Shown in pieces: positions 38,101 to 51,500 of a DNA stretch of 64,000 nt. The stretch is taken from positions 4,836,001 to 4,900,000 of the forward strand of contig JBPQGU010000016.1 in assembly GCA_051362555.1 (NCBI GenBank). Reading direction: 5' to 3'. Both the position numbers and the translations under genes were made by a program. The notes under the pieces are model-generated. The model did no database searches, was not told the DNA's origin, and saw only the letters and a list, made by a program, of their open reading frames with translations. This stretch comes from Lingula anatina. Lineage: Eukaryota; Animalia; Brachiopoda. Position 1 is the first letter of the stretch; every line of letters starts with the position of its first letter.

Positions 38101-39577
38101 TGTCATTCATAAAAAATGTGGAAACGCGCCCGGGGTCACTTCATCAAGGCCCCCAATTCTAGCTTTAAAGATGATCCAAAAATGAGCTCTGAGAACAGAA
38201 TCTGAGAGGGGGGGGGGGGGGAAACACAGTTTTTGCTCTATTTCTTCCTTAATGATGACACCACCACTCTTCCAGCACTTTATTCTTACTACAAATGACC
38301 GAACACACCTACCTGACACTATAACGAAGAAAAAAAATTTTTCATCCCTACCTGGCCAAAATTGAAGAAATCTCACAGTGCCGGCACTGTTCAAAATCAC
38401 TCAAAATCACCAAAAATCGACCCGTCTCCGATTTTTCCAAAAAGTGACGAAAATCAATCTACCACACCTGTCATTCATAAAAAATGTGGAAACGCGGCCC
38501 GGGTCACTTCATCAAGGCCCCCAATTCTAGCTTTAAAGATGATCCAAAAATGAGCTCTGAGAACAGAATCTGAGAGGGGGGGGGAGACACAGTTTTTTGC
38601 TCTATTTCTTCCTTAATGATGACACCACCACTCTTCCAGCACTTTATTCTTACTACAAATGACCGAACACACCTACCTGACACTATAACGAAGAAAAAAA
38701 TTTTTCATCCCTACCTGGCCAAAATTGAAGAAATCTCACAGTGCCGGCACTGTTCAAAATCACTCAAAATCACCAAAAATCGACCCGTCCTCCGATTTTT
38801 CCAAAAAGTGACGAAAATCAATCTACCACACCTGTCATTCATAAAAAATGTGGAAAACGCGCCCGGGTCACTTCATCAAGGCCCCCAATTCTAGCTTTAA
38901 AGATGATCCAAAAATGAGCTCTGAGAACAGAATCTGAGAGGGGGGGGGAGACACAGTTTTTGCTCTATTTCTTCCTTAATGATGACACCACCACTCTTCC
39001 AGCACTTTATTCTTACTACAAATGACCGAACACACCTACCTGACACTATAACGAAGAAAAAAATTTTTCATCCCTACCTGGCCAAAATTGAAGAAATCTC
39101 ACAGTGCCGGCACTGTTCAAAATCACTCAAAATCACCAAAAATCGACCCGTCTCCGATTTTTCCAAAAAGTGACGAAAATCAATCTACCACACCTGTCAT
39201 TCATAAAAAATGTGGAAACGCGCCCGGGTCACTTCATCAAGGCCCCCAATTCTAGCTTTAAAGATGATCCAAAAATGAGCTCTGAGAACAGAATCTGAGA
39301 GGGGGGGGGGAGACACAGTTTTTGCTCTATTTCTTCCTTAATGATGACACCACCACTCTTCCAGCACTTTATTCTTACTACAAATGACCGAACACACCTA
39401 CCTGACACTATAACGAAGAAAAAAATTTTTTCATCCCTACCTGGCCAAAATTGAAGAAATCTCACAGTGCCGGCACTGTTCAAAATCACTCAAAATCACC
39501 AAAAATCGACCCGTCTCCGATTTTTCCAAAAAGTGACGAAAATCAATCTACCACACCTGTCATTCATAAAAAATGTG
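20131..39577 (+). repeat. ~363-bp satellite DNA, forward block (~53 monomers)
   Basis: Near-identical monomers recur every 360-368 bp, and length varies mainly with a G-run. The first two monomers (20131-20820) are diverged. Confidence 0.99.
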
Positions 39578-42500
39578 CTGGAAAAGTGGTGGGTCAACAT
39601 TAAGGAGAAATAGAGCAAAAACTCTCTCTCCCCCCCCCCCTCTCAGATTCTGTTCTCAGAGCTTAATTTTTGGATCATCTTTAAAGCTAGAATTGGGGGG
39701 CCTTGATGAAGTGACCCGGGCGCGTTTAGCACATTTTTTATGAATGACAGTGTGGTAGATTGATTTTCGTCACTTTTTTGGAAAAATCGGAGACGGGTCG
39801 ATTTTTGGTGATTTTGAGTGATTTTGAACAGTGCCGGCACTGTGAATTTCTTCAATTTGGCTAGGTAGGGATGAAAATTTTTTTTCTTCATTATAGTGTC
39901 AGGTAGGTGTGTTCGGTCATTTGTAGTAAGAATAAAGTGCTGGAAGAGTGGTGGTGTCAACATTAAGGAAGAAATAGAGCAAAAACTCTCTCTCTCCCCC
40001 CCCCCTCTCAGATTCTGTTCTCAGAGCTCATTTTTGGATCATCTTTAAGCTAGAATTGGGGGCCTTGATGAAGTGACCCGGCGCGTTTCCAGCAATTTTT
40101 TATGAATGACAGGTGTGGTAGATTGATTTTCGTCACTTTTTGGAAAAATCGGAGGACGGGTCGATTTTTGGTGATTTTGAGTGATTTTGAACAGTGCCGG
40201 CACTGTGAGATTTCTTCAATTTTGGCCAGGTAGGGATGAAAAATTTTTTTCTTCGTTATAGTGTCAGGTAGGTGTGTTCGGTCATTTGTAGTAAGAATAA
40301 AGTGCTGGAAGAGTGGTGGTGTCATCATTAAGGAAGAAAAATAGAGCAAAAACTGTGTCTCCCCCCCCCCTCTCAGATTCTGTTCTCAGAGCTCATTTTT
40401 GGATCATCTTTAAAGCTAGAATTGGGGGCCTTGATGAAGTGACCCGGGCGCGTTTCCACATTTTTTATGAATGACAGGTGTGGTAGATTGATTTTCGTCA
40501 CTTTTTGGAAAAATCGGAGACGGGTCGATTTTTGGTGATTTTGAGTGATTTTGAACAGTGCCGGCACTGTGAGATTTCTTCAATTTTGGCCAGGTAGGGA
40601 TGAAAAATTTTTTTCTTCGTTATAGTGTCAGGTAGGTGTGTTCGGTCATTTGTAGTAAGAATAAAGTGCTGGAAGAGTGGTGGTGTCATCATTAAGGAAG
40701 AAATAGAGCAAAAACTGTGTCTCCCCCCCCCTCTCAGATTCTGTTCTCAGAGCTCATTTTTGGATCATCTTTAAAGCTAGAATTGGGGGCCTTGATGAAG
40801 TGACCCGGGCGCGTTTCCACATTTTTTATGAATGACAGGTGTGGTAGATTGATTTTCGTCACTTTTTGGAAAAATCGGAGACGGGTCGATTTTTGGTGAT
40901 TTTGAGTGATTTTGAACAGTGCCGGCACTGTGAGATTTCTTCAATTTTGGCCAGGTAGGGATGAAAAATTTTTTTCTTCGTTATAGTGTCAGGTAGGTGT
41001 GTTCGGTCATTTGTAGTAAGAATAAAGTGCTGGAAGAGTGGTGGTGTCATCATTAAGGAAGAAATAGAGCAAAAACTGTGTCTCCCCCCCCCTCTCAGAT
41101 TCTGTTCTCAGAGCTCATTTTTGGATCATCTTTAAAGCTAGAATTGGGGGCCTTGATGAAGTGACCCGGGCGCGTTTCCACATTTTTTATGAATGACAGG
41201 TGTGGTAGATTGATTTTCGTCACTTTTTGGAAAAATCGGAGACGGGTCGATTTTTGGTGATTTTGAGTGATTTTGAACAGTGCCGGCACTGTGAGATTTC
41301 TTCAATTTTGGCCAGGTAGGGATGAAAAATTTTTTTCTTCGTTATAGTGTCAGGTAGGTGTGTTCGGTCATTTGTAGTAAGAATAAAGTGCTGGAAGAGT
41401 GGTGGTGTCATCATTAAGGAAGAAATAGAGCAAAAACTGTGTTTCCCCCCCCCCCCCTCTCAGATTCTGTTCTCAGAGCTCATTTTTGGATCATCTTTAA
41501 AGCTAGAATTGGGGGCCTTGATGAAGTGACCCGGGCGCGTTTCCACATTTTTTATGAATGACAGGTGTGGTAGATTGATTTTCGTCACTTTTTGGAAAAA
41601 TCGAAGACGGGTCGATTTTTGGTGATTTTGAGTGATTTTGAACAGTGCCGCACTGTGAGATTTCTTCAATTTTGGCCAGGTAGGGATGAAAAATTTTTTT
41701 CTTCGTTATAGTGTCAGGTAGGTGTGTTCGGTCATTTGTAGTAAGAATAAAGTGCTGGAAGAGTGGTGGTGTCATCATTAAGGAAGAAATAGAGCAAAAA
41801 CTGTGTCTCCCCCCCCCCCTCTCAGATTCTGTTCTCAGAGCTCATTTTTGGATCATCTTTAAAGCTAGAATTGGGGGCCTTGATGAAGTGACCCGGGCGC
41901 GTTTGCACATTTTTTATGAATGACAGGTGTGGTAGATTGATTTTCGTCACTTTTTGGAAAAATCGGAGACAGGTCGATTTTTGGTGATTTTGAGTGATTT
42001 TGAACAGTGCCGGCACTGTGAGATTTCTTCAATTTTGGCCAGGTAGGGATGAAAAATTTTTTTCTTCGTTATAGTGTCAGGTAGGTGTGTTCGGTCATTT
42101 GTAGTAAGAATAAAGTGCTGGAAGAGTGGTGGTGTCATCATTAAGGAAGAAATAGAGCAAAAACTGTGTCTCCCCCCCCCCTCTCAGATTCTGTTCTCAG
42201 AGCTCATTTTTGGATCATCTTTAAAGCTAGAATTGGGGGCCTTGATGAAGTGACCCGGGCGCGTTTCCACATTTTTTATGAATGACAGGTGTGGTAGATT
42301 GATTTTCGTCACTTTTTGGAAAAATCGGAGACGGGTCGATTTTTGGTGATTTTGAGTGATTTTGAACAGTGCCGGCACTGTGAGATTTCTTCAATTTTGG
42401 CCAGGTAGGGATGAAAAATTTTTTTCTTCGTTATAGTGTCAGGTAGGTGTGTTCGGTCATTTGTAGTAAGAATAAAGTGCTGGAAGAGTGGTGGTGTCAT

Positions 42501-45500
42501 CATTAAGGAAGAAATTGAGCAAAAACTGTGTCTCCCCCCCCCCCTCTCAGATTCTGTTCTCAGAGCTCATTTTTGGATCATCTTTAAAGCTAGAATTGGG
42601 GGCCTTGATGAAGTGACCCGGGCGCGTTTCCACATTTTTTTATGAATGACAGGTGTGGTAGATTGATTTTCGTCACTTTTTGGAAAAATCGGAGACGGGT
42701 CGATTTTTGGTGATTTTGAGTGATTTTGAACAGTGCCGGCACTGTGAGATTTCTTCAATTTTGGCCAGGTAGGGATGAAAAATTTTTTTCTTCGTTATAG
42801 TGTCAGGTAGGTGTGTTCGGTCATTTGTAGTAAGAATAAAGTGCTGGAAGAGTGGTGGTGTCATCATTAAGGAAGAAATAGAGCAAAAACTGTGTCTCCC
42901 CCCCCCCCCTCTCAGATTCTGTTCTCAGAGCTCATTTTTGGATCATCTTTAAAGCTAGAATTGGGGGCCTTGATGAAGTGACCCGGGCGCGTTACCACAT
43001 TGTTTATGAATGACAGGTGTGGTAGATTGATTTTCGTCACTTTTTGGAAAAATCGGAGACGGGTCGATTTTTGGTGATTTTGAGTGATTTTGAACAGTGC
43101 CGGCACTGTGAGATTTCTTCAATTTTGGCCAGGTAGGGATGAAAAATTTTTTTCTTCGTTATAGTGTCAGGTAGGTGTGTTCGGTCATTTGTAGTAAGAA
43201 TAAAGTGCTGGAAGAGTGGTGGTGTCATCATTAAGGAAGAAATAGAGCAAAAACTGTGTCTCCCCCCCCCCCCCCTCTCAGATTCTGTTCTCAGAGCTCA
43301 TTTTTGGATCATCTTTAAAGCTAGAATTGGGGGCCTTGATGAAGTGACCCGGGCGCGTTTCCACATTTTTTATGAATGACAGGTGTGGTAGATTGATTTT
43401 CGTCACTTTTTGGAAAAATCGGAGAAGGGTCGATTTTTGGTGATTTTGAGTGATTTTGAACAGTGCCGGCACTGTGAGATTTCTTCAATTTTGGCCAGGT
43501 AGGGATGAAAAATTTTTTTCTTCGTTATAGTGTCAGGTAGGTGTGTTCGGTCATTTGTAGTAAGAATAAAGTGCTGGAAGAGTGGTGGTGTCATCATTAA
43601 GGAAGAAATAGCGCAAAAACTGTGTCTCCCCCCCCCCCCTCTCAGATTCTGTTCTCAGAGCTCATTTTTGGATCATCTTTAAAGCTAGAATTGGGGGCCT
43701 TGATGAAGTGACCCGGGCGCGTTTCCACATTTTTTATGAATGACAGGTGTGGTAGATTGATTTTCGTCACTTTTTGGAAAAATCGGAGACGGGTCGATTT
43801 TTGGTGATTTTGAGTGATTTTGAACAGTGCCGGCACTGTGAGATTTCTTCAATTTTGGCCAGGTAGGGATGAAAAATTTTTTTCTTCGTTATAGTGTCAG
43901 GTAGGTGTGTTCGGTCATTTGTAGTAAGAATAAAGTGCTGGAAGAGTGGTGGTGTCATCATTAAGGAAGAAATAGAGCAAAAACTGTGTCTCCCCCCCCC
44001 CCTCTCAGATTCTGTTCTCAGAGCTCATTTTTGGATCATCTTTAAAGCTAGAATTGGGGGCCTTGATGAAGTGACCCGGGCGCGTTTCCAAATTTTTTAT
44101 GAATGACAGGTGTGGTAGATTGATTTTCGTCACTTTTTGGAAAAATCGGAGACGGGTCGATTTTTGGTGATTTTGAGTGATTTTGAACAGTGCCGGCACT
44201 GTGAGATTTCTTCAATTTTGGCCAGGTAGGGATGAAAAATTTTTTTCTTCGTTATAGTGTCAGGTAGGTGTGTTCGTTCATTTGTAGTAAGACTAAAGTG
44301 TTGGAAGAGTGGTGGTGTCATCATTAAGGAAGAAATAGAGCAAAAACTGTGTCTCCCCCCCCCCTCTCAGATTCTGTTCTCAGAGCTCATTTTTGGATCA
44401 TCTTTAAAGCTAGAATTGGGGGCCTTGATGAAGTGACCCGGGCGCGTTTCCACATTTTTTATGAATGACAGGTGTGGTAGATTGATTTTCGTCACCTTTT
44501 GGAAAAATCGGAGACGGGTCGATTTTTGGTGATTTTGAGTGATTTTGAACAGTGCCGGCACTGTGAGATTTCTTCAATTTTGGCCAGGTAGGGATGAAAA
44601 ATTTTTTTCTTCGTTATAGTGTCAGGTAGGTGTGTTCGGTCATTTGTAGTAAGAATAAAGTGTTGGAAGAGTGGTGGTGTCATCATTAAGGAAGAAATAG
44701 AGCAAAAACTGTGTCTCCCCCCCCCCCTCTCAGATTCTGTTCTCAGAGCTCATTTTTGGATCATTTTTAAAGCTAGAATTGGGGGCCTTGATGAAGTGAC
44801 CCGGGCGCGTTTCCACATTTTTTATGAATGACAGGTGTGGTAGATTGATTTTCGTCACTTTTTGGAAAAATCGGAGACGGGTCGATTTTTGGTGATTTTG
44901 AGTGATTTTGAACAGTGCCGGCACTGTGAGATTTCTTCAATTTTGGCCAGGTAGGGATGAAAAATTTTTTTCTTCGTTATAGTGTCAGGTAGGTGTGTTC
45001 GGTCATTTGTAGTAAGAATAAAGTGATGGAAGAGTGGTGGTGTCATCATTAAGGAAGAAATAGAGCAAAAACTGTGTCTCCCCCCCCCCTCTCAGATTCT
45101 GTTCTCAGAGCTCATTTTTGGATCATCTTTAAAGCTAGAATTGGGGGCCTTGATGAAGTGACCAGGGCGCGTTTCCACATTTTTTATGAATGACAGGTGT
45201 GGTAGATTGATTTTCGTCACTTTTTGGAAAAATCGGAGACGGGTCGATTTTTTGTGATTTTGAGTGATTTTGAACAGTGCCGGCACTGTGAGATTTCTTC
45301 AATTTTGGCCAGGTAGGGATGAAAAATTTTTTTCTTCGTTATAGTGTCAGGTAGGTGTGTTCGGTCATTTGTAGTAAGAATAAAGTGCTGGAAGAGTGGT
45401 GGTGTCATCATTAAGGAAGAAATAGAGCAAAAACTGTGTCTCCCCCCCCCCTCTCAGATTCTGTTCTCAGAGCTCATTTTTGGATCATCTTTAAAGCTAG

Positions 45501-48500
45501 AATTGGTTGCCTTGATGAAGTGACCCGGGCGCGTTTCCACATTTTTTATGAATGACAGGTGTGGTAGATTGATTTTCGTCACTTTTTGGAAAAATCGGAG
45601 ACGGGTCGATTTTTTGTGATTTTGAGTGATTTTGAACAGTGCCGGCACTGTGAGATTTCTTCAATTTTGGCCAGGTAGGGATGAAAAATTTTTTTCTTCG
45701 TTATAGTGTCAGGTAGGTGTGTTCGGTCATTTGTAGTAAGAATAAAGTGCTGGAAGAGTGGTGGTGTCATCATTAAGGAAGAAATAGAGCAAAAACTGTG
45801 TCTCCCCCCCCCTCTCAGATTCTGTTCTCAGAGCTCATTTTTGGATCATCTTTAAAGCTAGAATTGGGGGCCTTGATGAAGTGACCCGGGCGCGTTTCCA
45901 CATTTTTTATGAATGACAGGTGTGGTAGATTGATTTTCGTCACTTTTTGGAAAAATCGGAGACGGGTCGATTTTTGGTGATTTTGAGTGATTTTGAACAG
46001 TGCCGGCACTGTGAGATTTCTTCAATTTTGGCCAGGTAGGGATGAAAAATTTTTTTCTTCGTTATAGTGTCAGGTAGGTGTGTTCGGTCATTTGTAGTAA
46101 GAATAAAGTGCTGGAAGAGTGGTGGTGTCATCATTAAGGAAGAAATAGAGCAAAAACTGTGTCTCCCCCCCCCCTCTCAGATTCTGTTCTCAGAGCTCAT
46201 TTTTGGATCATCTTTAAAGCTAGAATTGGGGGCCTTGATGAAGTGACCCGGGCGCGTTTCCACATTTTTTATGAATGACAGGTGTGGTAGATTGATTTTC
46301 GTCACTTTTTGGAAAAATCGGAGACGGGTCGATTTTTGGTGATTTTGAGTGATTTTGAACAGTGCCGGCACTGTGAGATTTCTTCAATTTTGGCCAGGTA
46401 GGGATGAAAATTTTTTTTCTTCGTTATAGTGTCAGGTAGGTGTGTTCGGTCATTTGTAGTAAGAATAAAGTGCTGGAAGAGTGGTGGTGTCATCATTAAG
46501 GAAGAAATAGAGCAAAAACTGTGTCTCCCCCCCCCCCCCCTCTCAGATTCTGTTCTCAGAGCTCATTTTTGGATCATCTTTAAAGCTAGAATTGGGCCTT
46601 GATGAAGTGACCCGGGCGCGTTTCCACATTTTTTATGAATGACAGGTGTGGTAGATTGATTTTCGTCACTTTTTGGAAAAATCTGAGACGGGTCGATTTT
46701 TGGTGATTTTGAGTGATTTTGAACAGTGCCGGCACTGTGAGATTTCTTCAATTTTGGCCAGGTAGGGATGAAAAATTTTTTTCTTCGTTATAGTGTCAGG
46801 TAGGTGTGTTCGGTCATTTGTAGTAAGAATAAAGTGCTGGAAGAGTGGTGGTGTCATCATTAAGGAAGAAATAGAGCAAAAACTGTGTCTCCCCCCCCCC
46901 CTCTCAGATTCTGTTCTCAGAGCTCATTTTTGGATCATCTTTAAAGCTAGAATTGGGGGCCTTGATGAAGTGACCCGGGCGCGTTTCCACATTTTTTATG
47001 AATGACAGGTGTGGTAGATTGATTTTCGTCACTTTTTGGAAAAATCGGAGACGGGTCGATTTTTGGTGATTTTGAGTGATTTTGAACAGTGCCGGCACTG
47101 TGAGATTTCTTCAATTTTGGTCAGGTAGGGATGAAAAATTTTTTTCTTCGTTATAGTGTCAGTTAGGTGTGTTCGGTCATTTGTAGTAAGAATAAAGTGC
47201 TGGAAGAGTGGTGGTGTCATCATTAAGGAAGAAATAGAGCAAAAACTGTGTCTCCCCCCCCCCCTCTCAGATTCTGTTCTCAGAGCTCATTTTTGGATCA
47301 TCTTTAAAGCTAGAATTGGGGGCCTTGATGAAGTGACCCGGGCGCGTTTCCACATTTTTTATGAATGACAGGTGTGGTAGATTGATTTTCGTCACTTTTT
47401 GGAAAAATCGGAGAAGGGTCGATTTTTGGTGATTTTGAGTGATTTTGAACAGTGCCGGCACTGTGAGATTTCTTCAATTTTGGCCAGGTAGGGATGAAAA
47501 ATTTTTTTCTTCGTTATAGTGTCAGGTAGGTGTGTTCGGTCATTTGTAGTAAGAATAAAGTGCTGGAAGAGTGGTGGTGTCATCATTAAGGAAGAAATAG
47601 AGCAAAAACTGTGTCTCCCCCCCCCCCTCTCAGATTCTGTTCTCAGAGCTCATTTTTGGATCATCTTTAAAGCTAGAATTGGGGGCCTTGATGAAGTGAC
47701 CCGGGCGCGTTTCCACATTTTTTATGAATGACAGGTGTGGTAGATTGATTTTCGTCACTTTTTGGAAAAATCGGAGACGGGTCGATTTTTGGTGATTTTG
47801 AGTGATTTTGAACAGTGCCGGCACTGTGAGATTTCTTCAATTTTGGCCAGGTAGGGATGAAAAATTTTTTTCTTCGTTATAGTGTCAGGTAGGTGTGTTC
47901 GGTCATTTGTAGTAAGAATAAAGTGCTGGAAGAGTGGTGGTGTCATCATTAAGGAAGAAATAGAGCAAAAACTGTGTCTCCCCCCCCCCCTCTCAGATTC
48001 TGTTCTCAGAGCTCATTATTGGATCATCTTTAAAGCTAGAATTGGGCCTTGATGAAGTGACCCGGGCGCGTTTCCACATTTTTTATGAATGACAGGTGTG
48101 GTAGATTGATTTTCGTCACTTTTTGGAAAAATCTGAGACGGGTCGATTTTTGGTGATTTTGAGTGATTTTGAACAGTGCCGGCACTGTGAGATTTCTTCA
48201 ATTTTGGCCAGGTAGGGATGAAAAATTTTTTTCTTCGTTATAGTGTCAGTTAGGTGTGTTCGGTCAATTGTAGTAAGAATAAAGTGCTGGAAGAGTGGTG
48301 GTGTCATCATTAAGGAAGAAATAGAGCAAAAACTGTGTCTCCCCCCCCCCCCTCTCAGATTCTGTTCTCAGAGCTCATTTTTGGATCATCTTTAAAGCTA
48401 GAATTGGGGGCCTTGATGAAGTGACCCGGGCGCGTTTCCACATTTTTTATGAATGACAGGTGTGGTAGATTGATTTTCGTCACTTTTTGGAAAAATCGGA

Positions 48501-51500
48501 GACGGTTCGATTTTTGGTGATTTTGAGTGATTTTGAACAGTGCCGGCACTGTGAGATTTCTTCAATTTTGGCCAGGTAGGGATGAAAAATTTTTTTCTTC
48601 GTTATAGTGTCAGGTAGGTGTGTTCGGTCATTTGTAGTAAGAATAAAGTGCTGGAAGAGTGGTGGTGTCATCATTAAGGAAGAAATAGAGCAAAAACTGT
48701 GTCTCCCCCCCCCCCCTCTCAGATTCTGTTCTCAGAGCTCATTTTTGGATCATCTTTAAAGCTAGAATTGGGGGCCTTGATGAAGTGACCCGGGCGCGTT
48801 TCCACATTTTTTATGAATGACAGGTGTGGTAGATTGATTTTCGTCACTTTTTGGAAAAATCGGAGACGGGTCGATTTTTGGTGATTTTGAGTGATTTTGA
48901 ACAGTGCCGGCACTGTGAGATTTCTTCAATTTTGGCCAGGTAGGGATGAAAAATTTTTTTCTTCGTTATAGTGTCAGGTAGGTGTGTTCGGTCATTTGTA
49001 GTAAGAATAAAGTGCTGGAAGAGTGGTGGTGTCATCATTAAGGAAGAAATAGAGCAAAAACTGTGTCTCCCCCCCCCCCCCCTCTCAGATTCTGTTCTCA
49101 GAGCTCATTTTTGGATCATCTTTAAAGCTAGAATTGGGGGCCTTGATGAAGTGACCCGGGCGCGTTTCCACATTTTTTATGAATGACAGGTGTGGTAGAT
49201 TGATTTTCGTCACTTTTTGGAAAAATCGGAGACGGGTCGATTTTTGGTGATTTTGAGTGATTTTGAACAGTGCCGGCACTGTGAGATTTCTTCAATTTTG
49301 GCCAGGTAGGGATGAAAAATTTTTTTCTTCGTTATAGTGTCAGGTAGGTGTGTTCGGTCATTTGTAGTAAGAATAAAGTGCTGGAAGAGTGGTGGTGTCA
49401 TCATTAAGGAAGAAATAGAGCAAAAACTGTGTCTCCCCCCCCCCCCCCTCTCAGATTCTGTTCTCAGAGCTCATTTTTGGATCATCTTTAAAGCTAGAAT
49501 TGGGGGCCTTGATGAAGTGACCCGGGCGCGTTTCCACATTTTTTATGAATGACAGGTGTGGTAGATTGATTTTCGTCACTTTTTGGAAAAATCGGAGACG
49601 GGTCGATTTTTGGTGATTTTGAGTGATTTTGAACAGTGCCGGCACTGTGAGATTTCTTCAATTTTGGCCAGGTAGGGATGAAAAAATTTTTTCTTCGTTA
49701 TAGTGTCAGGTAGGTGTGTTCGGTCATTTGTAGTAAGAATAAAGTGCTGGAAGAGTGGTGGTGTCATCATTAAGGAAGAAATAGAGCAAAAACTGTGTCT
49801 CCCCCCCCCCCCTCTCAGATTCTGTTCTCAGAGCTCATTTTTGGATCATCTTTAAAGCTAGAATTGGGGGCCTTGATGAAGTGACCCGGGCGCGTTTCCA
49901 CATTTTTTATGAATGACTGGTGTGGTAGATTGATTTTCGTCACTTTTTGGAAAAATCGGAGACGGGTCGATTTTTGGTGATTTTGAGTGATTTTGAACAG
50001 TGCCGGCACTGTGAGATTTCTTCAATTTTGGCCAGGTAGGGATGAAAAATTTTTTTCTTCGTTATAGTGTCAGGTAGGTGTGTTCGGTCATTTGTAGTAA
50101 GAATAAAGTGCTGGAAGAGTGGTGGTGTCATCATTAAGGAAGAAATAGAGCAAAAACTGTGTCTCCCCCCCCCTCTCAGATTCTGTTCTCAAAGCTCATT
50201 TTTGGATCATCTTTAAAGCTAGAATTGGGGGCCTTGATGAAGTGACCCGGGCGCGTTTCCACATTTTTTATGAATGACAGGTGTGGTAGATTGATTTTCG
50301 TCACTTTTTGGAAAAATCGGAGACGGGTCGATTTTTGGTGATTTTGAGTGATTTTGAACAGTGCCGGCACTGTGAGATTTCTTCAATTTTGGCCAGGTAG
50401 GGATGAAAATTTTTTTTCTTCGTTATAGTGTCAGGTAGGTGTGTTCGGTCATTTGTAGTAAGAATAAAGTGCTGGAAGAGTGGTGGTGTCATCATTAAGG
50501 AAGAAATAGAGCAAAAACTGTGTCTCCCCCCCCCCCCTCTCAGATTCTGTTCTCAGAGCTCATTTTTGGATCATCTTTAAAGCTAGAATTGGGGGCCTTG
50601 ATGAAGTGACCCGGGCGCGTTTCCACATTTTTTATGAATGACAGGTGTGGTAGATTGATTTTCGTCACTTTTTGGAAAAATCGGAGACGGGTCGATTTTT
50701 GGTGATTTTGAGTGATTTTGAACAGTGCCGGCACTGTGAGATTTCTTCAATTTTGGCCAGGTAGGGATGAAAAATTTTTTTCTTCGTTATAGTGTCAGGT
50801 AGGTGTGTTCGGTCATTTGTAGTAAGAATAAAGTGCTGGAAGAGTGGTGGTGTCATCATTAAGGAAGAAATAGAGCAAAAACTGTGTCTCCCCCCCCCCT
50901 CTCAGATTCTGTTCTCAGAGCTCATTTTTGGATCATCTTTAAAGCTAGAATTGGGGGCCTTGATGAAGTGACCCGGGCGCGTTTCCACATTTTTTATGAA
51001 TGACAGGTGTGGTAGATTGATTTTCGTCACTTTTTGGAAAAATCGGAGACGGGTCGATTTTTGGTGATTTTGAGTGATTTTGAACAGTGCCGGCACTGTG
51101 AGATTTCTTCAATTTTGGCCAGGTAGGGATGAAAAATTTTTTTCTTCGTTATAGTGTCAGGTAGGTGTGTTCGGTCATTTGTAGTAAGAATAAAGTGCTG
51201 GAAGAGTGGTGGTGTCATCATTAAGGAAGAAATAGAGCAAAAACTGTGTCTCCCCCCCCCCCCCCCTCTCAGATTCTGTTCTCAGAGCTCATTTTTGGAT
51301 CATCTTTAAAGCTAGAATTGGGGGCCTTGATGAAGTGACCCGGGCGCGTTTCCACATTTTTTATGAATGACAGGTGTGGTAGATTGATTTTGGTCACTTT
51401 TTGGAAAAATCGGAGACGGGTCGATTTTTGGTGATTTTGAGTGATTTTGAACAGTGCCGGCACTGTGAGATTTCTTCAATTTTGGCCAGGTAGGGATGAA

